20,790 nucleotides of DNA from Candidatus Hermodarchaeota archaeon (GCA_048886185.1 JBHLKY010000041.1:1-20790), one strand, 5' to 3'. Shown: positions 1 to 9,301, counted from the first letter of the stretch. The notes: generated by a model not told the origin, from the sequence alone. Made by a program: numbers and translations.

Positions 1-507
1 GATTAAGAAAAATAGGAAGATCCAATTGGCTGGGTCTGTGATGAAGTCATCCCCCTTTGTGACAGCCAACCACAGATAAATAAGTAATCCTAAAATGAAG
101 ATCATTAGATAGATCATCAAACGTGGTATCATACGATACCCAATTCGGACATAAAATCCCAAAATCCCTGATTTGACTTCTTCGGTTATAAAATATTTTT
201 CAGTTTGCTCATTCTTAGATACCACCCCACTTGTGACTAATTTGTTGATTTGATACGCGGCTGTTCCTGATGAGGTGAATCCGAGTTCTTTTTGAATCTC
301 TCTGATTCCAGCTAGTCCTTGAGGGTGTGTTAACAGGAACCAATAGACCTGTAACGCTTTTCCTTGTAGTGTATTACTTGGTTCTTTTAATACCTGTGAT
401 CGAAGGGATTCTCGGATTCTCTGAAGGATTGATTTTTTTCCTAGTTGTTTTACGGGGAGTTTTTCCTCAGTAGCCAGTATGTTTGAGACTAGATCCTTTC
501 TTGGCAT
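1..507 (-). CDS. Membrane-tethered winged-helix transcription regulator (N-terminal wHTH + 2 C-terminal TM helices), 3'-truncated by the window edge; not in the ORF track
   Basis: Hand translation from ATG at 507: MPRKDLV...LQGKALQVYWFLLTHPQGLAGIREIQKELGFTSSGTAAYQINKLVTSGVVSKNEQTEKYFITEEVKSGILGFYVRIGYRMIPRLMIYLMIFILGLLIYLWLAVTKGDDFITDPANWIFLFFLI. Open to position 1. Clear paralogue of 16564..17133. The ATG overlaps the upstream TAA (TAATG). Confidence 0.9.
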   Translation of the reverse strand, partial: MPRKDLVSNILATEEKLPVKQLGKKSILQRIRESLRSQVLKEPSNTLQGKALQVYWFLLTHPQGLAGIREIQKELGFTSSGTAAYQINKLVTSGVVSKNEQTEKYFITEEVKSGILGFYVRIGYRMIPRLMIYLMIFILGLLIYLWLAVTKGDDFITDPANWIFLFFLI

Positions 508-2801
508 TATAACCTATATCTCTCCTTAAATGTTCGTAGCATAAATCGATTGATTACCATTGTAATTAAGGCTAAACCAATTGTCCCTCCAATGATTAAA
601 AAGAAGATGGGAAAATAGCGATAAGTGATGATCCCAATGAAATTAATTCCTGTTGATGATGAGGGTGCCGATGTGGTTGGTGTTGATAATTCTGTTAACT
701 TGAGTAGTGTATTTTCCCCAATGAGTTCTACTTCTAAGTACCGTAGCGAAGTATTTGAAGCAATTATTGGTAATTTCATCCAATGGCTCTTTTTCTCATC
801 CCACTGAAACAATGCTAGTTCTTCAGGATTAAATTGATCAGGTATCTCGTCTAGATCATAATAACACCGAAGTGAATACTCGGTTTCCCTCTCATCTAAT
901 TTGACTTCAAAAAACTTACCTTTTTCATCCTGAGCTGGAAGAAAGGTTTTCAAGTTGTGACTCATTGTTATATTAGCGGTTATTGGTTGTAGGCTAGTAG
1001 ATGTAACAACAGTGTCGGTAAACGGGATGTATATAGGTTTTGAAGCTATTTCAATATTTACATAGCGAAACTCTTTGTCATGACTCTCCTTCAGCAGAGA
1101 ACTGGTTTGGAGCCTGAATTGAGGGGCAAATTGACTCCTACTTGTATAGTTTAATCCGATTCTTCCATCTCTGTTCACTGAAATAAATGGTATAACCTGT
1201 GAAGTGAGGAAATATCCTCTTACTCCCTCCCTCAACAAGAGATAAGGAGCTTCTTCTTGAGCTAACTGCTGTACTTGTGAATAGTAGAATTCTCGTTCTT
1301 GTCGAACAGGGGTCTGTTCTCCAGCATTGATCAAATCGTCCATTTCTGGATTAGAATACCGTCCTGTATTCACCTCTCCTTCAGAATGGAGATATAATCT
1401 TACAAAAGACAGATCAAAGAAACCTCCCACCCCTACAATGAATATTCCTGGAAAATTTCCTCCATAAAACATGGAATTCCATTCATTCTTATCATAAATA
1501 TAGCTGATATTACATCGAATTCCAACTGCATCTAGAAATGGGGCAATAATGTTTAGTTGTTTTTCCCTCGTAGGAGCCCAGCCAGCAATTTCGAGATCGA
1601 AGCGGTATCCATCCGTTTTTCTTGGATAACCTGCTTCATCTAATAGTTCATTCGCTTTCGTCACGTTATAAGGAAACCCAGAAACATTACCAGAATAATA
1701 AGGGAGGGTAGGTGAAATTATACTAGCTAATGGAATAGCATTTCCATCAAAAGATTCGTTAATATACAGTTCCTTATCTATTGCATAATTGATTGCTTGT
1801 CTAACTTGTACGTTAGAGAGTTCCGGCTTTTGATGATTAAACCAGAACATTTCAATGTAACTGACTATATTTGACTGAGCCCGATGCCAAAAGCTCTCAT
1901 TTACCTCCCATTCTCCTGGATAATTACTCGCAGCAGCTTTTGTCACAAAATCTCCCTCTTGATTTGCCATCGCCATTTTCAAGTCCTCCATACTGCTGAA
2001 TAAGTAGTAATCAATAGCTTCAAATGGTGCAAGTCCTCGAAAATAATCATCATTTCGTATTAATTTGTGATAAGTGTTGTTACTTGAAGCCATGTCATAT
2101 ATATAAGGACCGGTACCAATTGGATCAGTGATATTGTAACCTTCAAAGCTATTTGGGGAAATAATATCCAGAATAGGTGCTTGAGTGTGTATAAAAGCAG
2201 GAAAGGACTCATAAAATTTAATCTTTATCTGGAACTCGTCTAAAATTTCAACTGATTCTAATGGCATATCAAGGTACACACTATGAGTTGGAGCATATGC
2301 TGGGTGTGATGGGTCAATAAACCTATCATAATTAAACTTAACAGCGGATGCGTTAAATCTGCTCCCGTCATGATAAAAGATATCTTTTCTTAAGGAGAAT
2401 GTCCATTCCTTACAATCATATGTCACTACCCACTGACTAGCCAAACTTGGTGTTAATTCTTGCGTATTAAAGTCGTAAGTAACCAAAGTATCAAAAATGA
2501 ACGAATTAAGGTACTCAGACCCACCGTGTGTATAATCGAAAGTAAATGACCAAACAGATTGTCCGTAGACTGGATCCCAAACATCAAGATAGCGTAGCAC
2601 GGAAGGCGGTTGTTGAATCATTTGATCTATGTCGGAGGTAGTTACCTTAGTAATCGCTTTTGACTCAATGGGGTAGACTGAAGCACTTACTTGAGGGAGA
2701 ACTACCAAGGATGGCATTAATAAACAAATCACTATAAGTGGAGTGATTTTCATGGAACTTAACTGAATTTTTTGTGCTAAATAGGTAATCATTAAATTCA
2801 T
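507..2801 (-). CDS. Family-5 (DppA/OppA/NikA-like) extracellular solute-binding protein with extra C-terminal domain, S/T linker, TM anchor and basic tail
   Basis: SBP_bac_5-type motifs LTPSLASQWVVTYDCKEWTFSLRKDIFYHDGSRFNASAVKFNY, PIGTGPY, VRQAINYAIDK. N-terminal hydrophobic signal (start may be M17, MKITPLIV). C-terminal hydrophobic helix FPIFFLIIGGTIGLALITMVI. Confidence 0.9.
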   Translation of the reverse strand: MNLMITYLAQKIQLSSMKITPLIVICLLMPSLVVLPQVSASVYPIESKAITKVTTSDIDQMIQQPPSVLRYLDVWDPVYGQSVWSFTFDYTHGGSEYLNSFIFDTLVTYDFNTQELTPSLASQWVVTYDCKEWTFSLRKDIFYHDGSRFNASAVKFNYDRFIDPSHPAYAPTHSVYLDMPLESVEILDEFQIKIKFYESFPAFIHTQAPILDIISPNSFEGYNITDPIGTGPYIYDMASSNNTYHKLIRNDDYFRGLAPFEAIDYYLFSSMEDLKMAMANQEGDFVTKAAASNYPGEWEVNESFWHRAQSNIVSYIEMFWFNHQKPELSNVQVRQAINYAIDKELYINESFDGNAIPLASIISPTLPYYSGNVSGFPYNVTKANELLDEAGYPRKTDGYRFDLEIAGWAPTREKQLNIIAPFLDAVGIRCNISYIYDKNEWNSMFYGGNFPGIFIVGVGGFFDLSFVRLYLHSEGEVNTGRYSNPEMDDLINAGEQTPVRQEREFYYSQVQQLAQEEAPYLLLREGVRGYFLTSQVIPFISVNRDGRIGLNYTSRSQFAPQFRLQTSSLLKESHDKEFRYVNIEIASKPIYIPFTDTVVTSTSLQPITANITMSHNLKTFLPAQDEKGKFFEVKLDERETEYSLRCYYDLDEIPDQFNPEELALFQWDEKKSHWMKLPIIASNTSLRYLEVELIGENTLLKLTELSTPTTSAPSSSTGINFIGIITYRYFPIFFLIIGGTIGLALITMVINRFMLRTFKERYRL

Positions 2802-2857
2802 TGATTTTCTTCGCTCTTGGCCACGATTTTACATTACAAGATACACTTAAAAACAGA

Positions 2858-2872
2858 TATTTAAGGTTTTCT
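2858..2872 (-). promoter_or_regulatory. Candidate archaeal BRE/TATA for the SBP1-TF1 operon
   Basis: Minus strand AGAAAACCTTAAATA about 60 bp upstream of the 2801 start. The core AACCTTAAA also occurs upstream of SBP2 (19307-19315). Confidence 0.45.
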
Positions 2873-2902
2873 ACTGATTTTTAGCGTTTAAATCACTGAA
2901 CG

Positions 2903-2926
2903 ACCTGTTCAGATAGCTGAACAGGT
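2903..2926. promoter_or_regulatory. Perfect inverted repeat (10-4-10), candidate operator
   Basis: ACCTGTTCAG-atag-CTGAACAGGT, centred about 113 bp upstream of the SBP1 start and upstream of the TATA-like box. Confidence 0.5.
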
Positions 2927-2939
2927 AGAAATCTTATTC

Positions 2940-3020
2940 ATGAGCTCATATCATTTCTATTGAAGTCTCGAGACTTACGGAAATATATTATAAATCGCGG
3001 ACTCGTTATCAACCTAGGTT
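2940..3020. repeat. Cluster of three further perfect palindromes
   Basis: ATGAGCTCAT (2940-2949), AAGTCTCGAGACTT (2963-2976), AACCTAGGTT (3011-3020). Confidence 0.6.
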
Positions 3021-3212
3021 TTCATTATCCATTTTTCGGTTTCATCTTCCATATTCTGAATGATTTGTAAATAAAAATTCCTGTTCCGAAGATTAAGTAA
3101 AGAAAAAGCACTTTCTGGAAAGTAAAACAGGTGCAGGAGGGATTCTGGATTTTGAGCTCTCTCTAGCGAAGCTTGTAACAAAAATTGCCGCTGTCGGTAA
3201 GTTGAGAAAGTA

Positions 3213-3305
3213 TTAGTCCATTAATGGAGTGAAAAAAAAGAAGAGGAGTGAAATCTTTGACGCCTGTAAAATGTTCTTAGGGAGGAAGGGTTTTTGCGTG
3301 GTCAT
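3213..3305 (-). pseudogene. 30-codon ORF, probable relic 5' end of a secreted-protein gene
   Basis: MTTQKPFLPKNILQASKISLLFFFFTPLMD*. ATG lies 26 nt after a TTTATAAA box. In the second copy of the 98-bp repeat codon 4 is TAA. Confidence 0.3.
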
Positions 3306-3365
3306 AGCTTTAGATTTAGCACTAAAAGCTGTTTATAAACAACCAAATTTTCAAATAAAAGAAAG
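3268..3365. repeat. 98-bp dispersed direct repeat, copy 1
   Basis: Aligns ungapped to 13385-13482 with 8 mismatches (90/98). Confidence 0.92.
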
Positions 3366-3578
3366 CCTTTGGGAGGGAAATGATAATACCTCACCCCCTT
3401 ATTCCCACCCCTACCTTAAGTACCTGAAATCTTATCAATACTCAATGGGTGAGTTGTCTACAGTGGACGAAGCCCAAGGAAGATCTAGTCCCAAAAACCT
3501 CTTCTGATGGTAATTCTTCTAATGCTTTAGGTTTTGGAGCTTACCGATCTTGAGTGATGCTTAATAGCATTGAAGCTA

Positions 3579-4088
3579 TTAGTCGATATAACTAATTAGA
3601 TCGTTTACGTCTTTTCTTGACAATTTCCTTGGTTCTTCAGTAGCATAACCTATCGGAGTAAGAGCAAGAAATCTGTAGTTTGGGGGAACTTTACACACCT
3701 TCTCCATCAGGGATGGATCCTCATTTGCAATCCAGACAGTAGATAAGCCTTCAGCTGTTGCAGCAAGGATGACATGTTCAAATACAATACTACCATCAAC
3801 CCAAGCAAAGTTCTTAAGGTCAAATTTTCTTTCCCATGACTTTGTTTCGTCCACAAATATTGCTACGACAACAGGAGCCTGCCAAATAAATTTATGATTC
3901 ACGAAGTCTAGAACTTTTGATATATTTTTTATTACCACAAGTTTATAGGCTTGTCTATTTGCAGCAGTGGGAGCAAGGCGTGCAGCTTGCATAATTCGCA
4001 TTAATTGCTCGTCAGTTACCTGTCTAGCCTTATCATAGCCACGGATGCTTCTTCTAGTCTCAATAACTTTGAAAAATTCCATCTTCAC
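3579..4088 (-). CDS. Nitroreductase family (FMN-dependent) protein
   Basis: RRSIRGY FMN-binding motif, AARLAPTAANRQ, HVILAATAEGLSTVWI, ITPIGY-like LTPIGY. Start may be ATG 4082 rather than GTG 4088. Confidence 0.92.
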   Translation of the reverse strand: MKMEFFKVIETRRSIRGYDKARQVTDEQLMRIMQAARLAPTAANRQAYKLVVIKNISKVLDFVNHKFIWQAPVVVAIFVDETKSWERKFDLKNFAWVDGSIVFEHVILAATAEGLSTVWIANEDPSLMEKVCKVPPNYRFLALTPIGYATEEPRKLSRKDVNDLISYID

Positions 4089-4487
4089 TCACTGAATTTA
4101 CCATTTGATTGGAAAATAAGTTTATTCCTTTTGGAGGAAATTAGACTAGAGATTACTTACTTCTTTTTCTATCACTACTTTATATCCAGAAACTTCTTAG
4201 TAAGCACGGTGAAGAGTTTTCATGATTTAAAATACGTATTTCGCGCTTCCTGTTGGTCTAAATGCACCGCTCAAAAAAGAGTTCATGCACTTTGCATTCC
4301 CTGTATCACTTGTGTCGAATGAAAGGGTAATTGTGAAAAAGGATGATTTACTAGATATATTAGCCGCTATAATTCTAGGATAAGAGTCGTTATAAGAGAA
4401 AATAACCATACGCTAGTGAAGCTTTGTCAAACCTAAAGAACAATTGTTTTTGCTAATATAGAGTCTCCTCCCTCATTAACGAACCCT

Positions 4488-7319
4488 TCAACCCATTTGG
4501 TGGCGGCGGACAACGACCATGAGGATCCCCACAAAAGCTACAATGCCTACTGAACTCAGCAACTGGAGTACCGGTAGAATATCTAGAGGAGGTTCAGGGT
4601 TAACAGAAGAGTCAGATAGGTATCTTGAGGAAAGACTGGTCAGAGGAGGGACATTGTCCAGTATAAAAACACCTGAGGTAGCTACACGCCACGATCCCTC
4701 CGCACACATAGCCGTAACCTGAATGAGACAGTGAGAACCATCTGTTGCGGTGGTACTATCCCAAATATACGTCAGGTTGGTGAGGCCAGAAATCAAGGTA
4801 ACCCACAAACCCCCATTATCAGCTGAATATGAGATAGTATAGATCACCTCATGGTAGAAGCGATCTGCTGTGGTGCTCCACTGAATAGTGACTGAACCGA
4901 AGTAAATGTTCCCACCTCCTGGCGATAGTACTGTGAATGGTGATAGATGACTATTATGAATGGTAAAAGGGCTGTTAGAGGTCGTGACATCCGTTGCACC
5001 ACATGTACAGGTAACATTGATCCGAATGAGATACTGATCGCCATCATCTACAGTTGTGGTATCCCAGAGATAAGGCAGAGTGGTGAGGCCAGAAACCAAG
5101 GTGACCCATGACGACCCATTATTGGCGGAATAAGAGATTGTATAAAACACCTCGTGATTGGAGACCACTGGGCAAGTAATCGGGATAAGCCCGAAGTAAG
5201 TTCCTCCTCCTGATGGTGAAACGCGGGTCCACGGCCCAAAATGTGGAAAATGAGTTGGCAGCGGATAGGGGGTAACTAACGGATAAATATCGGAGTTATT
5301 TCCATCCCCCTCAATTGGATAGGGGTGATCTACAATACCATTGTCATCCTCATCAGGGCCAGTCCAATCAGACCAGTAGTTATAAGTAAAATTATTCATA
5401 TCACCATGACGAACGTACACTTGAGAAGTCCCTCCAACATTATTGATGAAGTTGTTGTAATAGATTGCATTATTATCTGAATAGTAAATATCTATTCCGT
5501 AATTATTGTTTATGATGATGTTATTGAAGAAAATAAAGTTGGAAGAACCACCTAGTTCAATACCAATTCCATTCCAGTTATTGGCAGCAATAGTGTTATT
5601 CATGAGAACACAATTGCTAGAACCAACTAGTTCAATTCCAGCTCCTTGATTATTTATGATCGAATTATTTATCAGTACACATTCGTGAGATTCACCACCC
5701 CCAGAAAAGGGTATATATTCACCAATACCAATTCCTGTACCTCCATTATCGGTGACTGTGTTCCCAATCAAGCTGTTCCTCCCTGAAGCCTTTAAGAAAA
5801 TTCCACTTCCACTAGCGTTGGTGACCAGGTTGTTAGTTATAGTACTACTTCCTGAGTGATCGAGATAAATGCCCCTTTGATTCTTGTGACATATGTTGTT
5901 ATCTAAAGTTACTGTGCCGTCTGTAGCATTTTGAATGTAAATTCCAATTCCAGCCTCTCTTGATTCGACCCAGCAATTACGGATAACAAAGTAAGCACTA
6001 GTATCATGAATATAAATCGGGTGCTCCCCCATTGTTACAATATACAAGCCTTCTAGGATATATGGATTAGTTGCTGAACCTGTCCCGTTAGCCTCTATCG
6101 CAGCAAACCCGTCGTTATTGGAAATTTTAATAGGGGAGTGGGGTGTATACATCCAATCGAGACCCTGAACCATGTCTGTATCAAAATTGTCGCTTGTAAA
6201 TGTTTCATTAACTACTGGTAACGTACAAGCTGTGAAATTATATACCATCATTGAGAATGGTGACCATTCATAACTTAGCGTTAGGTTTTCATTGGTTAGT
6301 AGGGTCGAAATCGTACAAGAAACTGTCGGAAGAATAACTCCATCTAAATATAAAATGAATTCAATGTTGGATTCATTAGAAGCACCAGTATTCCAGATAG
6401 TGGCATTTATCAAGTAGGGAGTATCCACTCTTGCATAATTCGGAGTTTGAAGACCAACTGTGATATCGTGATTGTGTTTGTTTACTTGATACTTATAGAG
6501 TAAGAAGACTTCTTGCTCACTTAAACCCCTATTATAGACCCGAATCTCATCCATCAACCCATTAAGATAATAGCCACGACTGTCCATAGAGCCAGGAGTA
6601 TCCGTAGGATTTCCTCTATGTCCAAATTTTAATGAAGAAATAGAGGGAGTAATATCTATCGATGAAGTGGACAATAGAACCTGACTGTTCCAATAAAAAA
6701 TTAAAGAACATTTCGTACGCGTGATGGCAATATTTATCCAGCTATTGAGAGGGATAGAAGGGGGAGTCATATCAAAGTCATAAGGAGGTACGGCAAACCG
6801 AAGTTCATTGGTTGAAAGCTTGGTTAGTGTCCAACCGATGGATGAAGATGAACTGAATTTTTCAACATATTTTTCTATTAATACCATCTCCCCTTCTATA
6901 GAGGTAAAATTCACCCATAAAGAAATAGTAAAATCCATAGTGCCGAAATCAAATATTGGATTATGAGGAATATTAATGAAACTATCTATACCATTGAGCT
7001 GAAATGCCTGACCTCTAATCCCACTTCCATAACTCACAGTTCCCTCAAAGGTGCCATGAGCATCACCTATCGCATCATTAGCATTATTTTCGCCTCGCCA
7101 CCAATCAATTAACCCATTGGTAAAATTCACTGATTCCTGACGAGTAATTGAAGAGCTAGTCCTCATGGGTAGATTGTTAGCTGAATGGGAGTCTTCATAA
7201 GAAGGGGGCATCCAAGTACTAGGTTCCTGAGTGAAAACGGCCCCTATGACAAGGAAAGACAAGATACTGAGACACAAAAAAGCTCGGCGTAGCGACTGTG
7301 TCAAAAGGGAACCCCTCAC
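4488..7319 (-). CDS. Multidomain cell-surface protein: signal peptide, LamG-like jelly roll, CARDB-like Ig domain, right-handed parallel beta-helix (NosD/CASH-like), two Ig-like repeats, C-terminal TM + basic tail
   Basis: LIDWWRGENNAND...FTISLWVN...LNGLMDEIRVYNRGLS (LamG_3-like). NATIWNTGASNESNI (CARDB-like). Periodic I.NN...NN..GI.L repeats. YYNNFINN...N.FTYNYWSD...DDNGIVDHPYPI (NosD-type C-end). C-terminal hydrophobic helix then RRH. Confidence 0.85.
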   Translation of the reverse strand: MRGSLLTQSLRRAFLCLSILSFLVIGAVFTQEPSTWMPPSYEDSHSANNLPMRTSSSITRQESVNFTNGLIDWWRGENNANDAIGDAHGTFEGTVSYGSGIRGQAFQLNGIDSFINIPHNPIFDFGTMDFTISLWVNFTSIEGEMVLIEKYVEKFSSSSSIGWTLTKLSTNELRFAVPPYDFDMTPPSIPLNSWINIAITRTKCSLIFYWNSQVLLSTSSIDITPSISSLKFGHRGNPTDTPGSMDSRGYYLNGLMDEIRVYNRGLSEQEVFLLYKYQVNKHNHDITVGLQTPNYARVDTPYLINATIWNTGASNESNIEFILYLDGVILPTVSCTISTLLTNENLTLSYEWSPFSMMVYNFTACTLPVVNETFTSDNFDTDMVQGLDWMYTPHSPIKISNNDGFAAIEANGTGSATNPYILEGLYIVTMGEHPIYIHDTSAYFVIRNCWVESREAGIGIYIQNATDGTVTLDNNICHKNQRGIYLDHSGSSTITNNLVTNASGSGIFLKASGRNSLIGNTVTDNGGTGIGIGEYIPFSGGGESHECVLINNSIINNQGAGIELVGSSNCVLMNNTIAANNWNGIGIELGGSSNFIFFNNIIINNNYGIDIYYSDNNAIYYNNFINNVGGTSQVYVRHGDMNNFTYNYWSDWTGPDEDDNGIVDHPYPIEGDGNNSDIYPLVTPYPLPTHFPHFGPWTRVSPSGGGTYFGLIPITCPVVSNHEVFYTISYSANNGSSWVTLVSGLTTLPYLWDTTTVDDGDQYLIRINVTCTCGATDVTTSNSPFTIHNSHLSPFTVLSPGGGNIYFGSVTIQWSTTADRFYHEVIYTISYSADNGGLWVTLISGLTNLTYIWDSTTATDGSHCLIQVTAMCAEGSWRVATSGVFILDNVPPLTSLSSRYLSDSSVNPEPPLDILPVLQLLSSVGIVAFVGILMVVVRRHQMG
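4655..5235 (-). repeat. Two tandem ~95-aa Ig-like repeats within the surface protein
   Basis: SPSGGGTYFG...HEVFYTISYSANNGSSWVTLVSGLTTLPYLWDTTT vs SPGGGNIYFG...HEVIYTISYSADNGGLWVTLISGLTNLTYIWDSTT. Boundaries approximate. Confidence 0.85.
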
Positions 7320-7362
7320 AACCTAGTTCGTCACTTTTTTCAAAATTTTCGCAAAAACTTGA

Positions 7363-7710
7363 GTCGGAGATCGATGTTTCGCATTAATATTTGATAATTG
7401 TATTAGCTGGGGCATTAGCTCGGGTTTATGTTTTATCTTTTTTCCATTCTTTTGTTTTCTTATAGGATTCACCTATGATTGCATCAAAGATGGGATTCGA
7501 GAGGGTCGCTCGTTTGGGAAAGGTGCAATGCATCTCCGTGTTGTTGATTTTCATACAGGTAGACCCGCCACAATAGGAGAGTCAATGATTCGAAATTGTT
7601 GTTGTGGAGGATGCGATTCTTCAACCTGTTATTTTTTTGCGCTGATGGATAGTTATGGAAGAAGAATTGCTGATAAGGTAGCGGGAACAGTCGTTATAAA
7701 AGATTATTAA
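7363..7710 (+). pseudogene. RDD family membrane protein, apparently 5'-truncated (no start codon for the N-terminal half)
   Basis: The frame of the 7528 ORF stays open back to 7363: VGDRCFALIFD...YDCIKDGIREGRSFGKGAMHLRVV...ESMIRN...GRRIADKVAGTVV, the RDD pattern. In-frame TGA at 7360-7362 and no ATG/GTG/TTG before 7528. Confidence 0.7.
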
Positions 7711-7729
7711 TACTGAAGGACGATGGGAA

Positions 7730-7764
7730 TTACCCCGTAGTGAGGATCCCCTGAATAGGGTAAA
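7730..7764. terminator. Possible hairpin between convergent genes
   Basis: TTACCCC (7730-7736) / GGGGTAA (7758-7764). Long loop. Archaeal terminators need not be hairpins. Confidence 0.2.
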
Positions 7765-7815
7765 TTTCACTCTACTTGAAAAAGCTTTATGCAGAAACTT
7801 TTTAATTTAGTTTTA

Positions 7816-8340
7816 TTAGTATTCAACCTTCGCTCTGACATGATCCATATAAACACTGCAAATAGTACTTTTAGAAACTCTAATATAGATCGTAAAGTCG
7901 TCTGGATCACAAAATGTATCAGTAATATCAACATAAACAACCTTATATTCATATCCGCCAACGTTGATAGCTTTCCACGTTGATTCTCCAATAATACTCC
8001 CGTCATACTTAACTTTCGCTTTAAATTGTGCAAAACTCATGTCGGTCTTTGCTTTAAGGGACACTTTCACTTGTTTCACAGTTACCTCTCCAACTCCAAA
8101 CGAATAACCATCAGTTTTAACTTCTCCCCAAGCAGTATAAAATGCAATAAAAGCTCCTAAGTTATCATTTGTTTTTATCCTAGAAGGGAAATATACCTGC
8201 CCTGCGTCGACTGCAGTTGAGCAATTCTTATAAAGTGTCCACGTAGCGAGAACTGTTGATGTTGTACTAATTGCTAAAAAGATTAAAAAAGCTGTACATA
8301 AAAATTTTTTCTTTTTATCTGATACAACTCCACATTTCAT
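7816..8340 (-). CDS. Secreted protein of unknown function, predicted beta-rich
   Basis: Basic n-region KKKK, hydrophobic FLCTAFLIFLAIS, VLA cleavage-like site, alternating beta-strand patterns, no C-terminal anchor. Confidence 0.75.
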   Translation of the reverse strand: MKCGVVSDKKKKFLCTAFLIFLAISTTSTVLATWTLYKNCSTAVDAGQVYFPSRIKTNDNLGAFIAFYTAWGEVKTDGYSFGVGEVTVKQVKVSLKAKTDMSFAQFKAKVKYDGSIIGESTWKAINVGGYEYKVVYVDITDTFCDPDDFTIYIRVSKSTICSVYMDHVRAKVEY

Positions 8341-8513
8341 TATTTAAATCCATCTCCTCTGTTTTGGTAAAAGACAAAGTAACAGAAAGGTTCGTTGTTT
8401 TAATAATTTTCTTGAGGAATTGTGTACAAATTATTTATGAATAATTGACAATTGATTGACTAATTATTATGATTCTATGAGAGATCAATTAGAACGGTTT
8501 GTATAGTACGACT

Positions 8514-9275
8514 TCAATATTGATCCTCAAGTGAAAACTCTTCAATACCTCTGTTTTGGAGGAAAATTCCTCGAGAAATTGATGAAATATCTTCTATTAT
8601 TTTCCCATCCTCCAATAAAAGTACTCTATCACCAGTTTGGGGGATGTTATAATCATGCGTAGAAATTATTAATACACTATTATTATTTTTAGCAATTTGT
8701 CGCAATAGAGTAATAATATCTTTAGCTGTTTCAAAATCCAATGCCCCTGTGGGTTCATCAGCGAGGATAACTTGAGGATTATTAACAAGCGCCCTAGCAA
8801 TAGCCACTCGTTGCTTTTCCCCACGAGAGAGCGAGTTGATAGATGTGTGAATTTTCCCTCCCAAACCAACCTCCTCCAATAATAGGATAACTTTTGCTGT
8901 AAGGTTAACATCTTTGATCTTATCGATTTTAAATTTTAACTCCAGCGTTTCTCCACATGTAATCCCATCATGTAACTCAAAAAATTGGAAAATTATTCCA
9001 AACTTATCCCTTCTCAGCTTGGTTCTCCCCTCATCACTTAGATCAAAAATATTCTGATTAAAAAAGGTAATCATTCCATCTGTTGGTTCCTCAAGACCTG
9101 CTAATAGACTGAGTAAAGTAGATTTCCCTGATCCACTTGGCCCCATGAGAATTAATATTTCACCTAGAGTTGCTTCAAATGATACCTTTTGGAGAGCTGG
9201 AAAAGAGGAATTTGAGTCTATCGAATAATCTTTTTTGAGATTTTTTACCTGTAAGATAGGAGATGTTTGATTCAA
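8514..9275 (-). CDS. ABC ATP-binding protein, LolD/MacB-like
   Basis: Walker A GPSGSGKST, Q-loop IFQ, signature LSRGE, Walker B ILADEPTGALD, STHD. TTG start preceded by GGTGG. Confidence 0.93.
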   Translation of the reverse strand: MNQTSPILQVKNLKKDYSIDSNSSFPALQKVSFEATLGEILILMGPSGSGKSTLLSLLAGLEEPTDGMITFFNQNIFDLSDEGRTKLRRDKFGIIFQFFELHDGITCGETLELKFKIDKIKDVNLTAKVILLLEEVGLGGKIHTSINSLSRGEKQRVAIARALVNNPQVILADEPTGALDFETAKDIITLLRQIAKNNNSVLIISTHDYNIPQTGDRVLLLEDGKIIEDISSISRGIFLQNRGIEEFSLEDQY

Positions 9276-9301
9276 ATATATTCCACCAAATCACTAGCTT
9301 C

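Noticed and set aside
3268-3365. IS or MITE call for the 98-bp repeat
   Set aside because: No terminal inverted repeats, target-site duplication or transposase seen. Kept only as an unexplained repeat.
3229-3507. 92-aa plus-strand ORF
   Set aside because: It overlaps the 98-bp repeat, has no recognisable motif, and promoter-like signals point to the minus strand. Likely spurious.
4227-4480. 60-aa minus-strand ORF and a stop-interrupted hydrophobic stretch (possible decayed secreted-protein gene)
   Set aside because: No recognisable homology. Cannot be distinguished from AT-rich intergenic noise.
7360-7362. Selenocysteine read-through of the TGA before the Cys-rich RDD fragment
   Set aside because: Another stop (TAG 7324-7326) lies upstream with no start codon in between.
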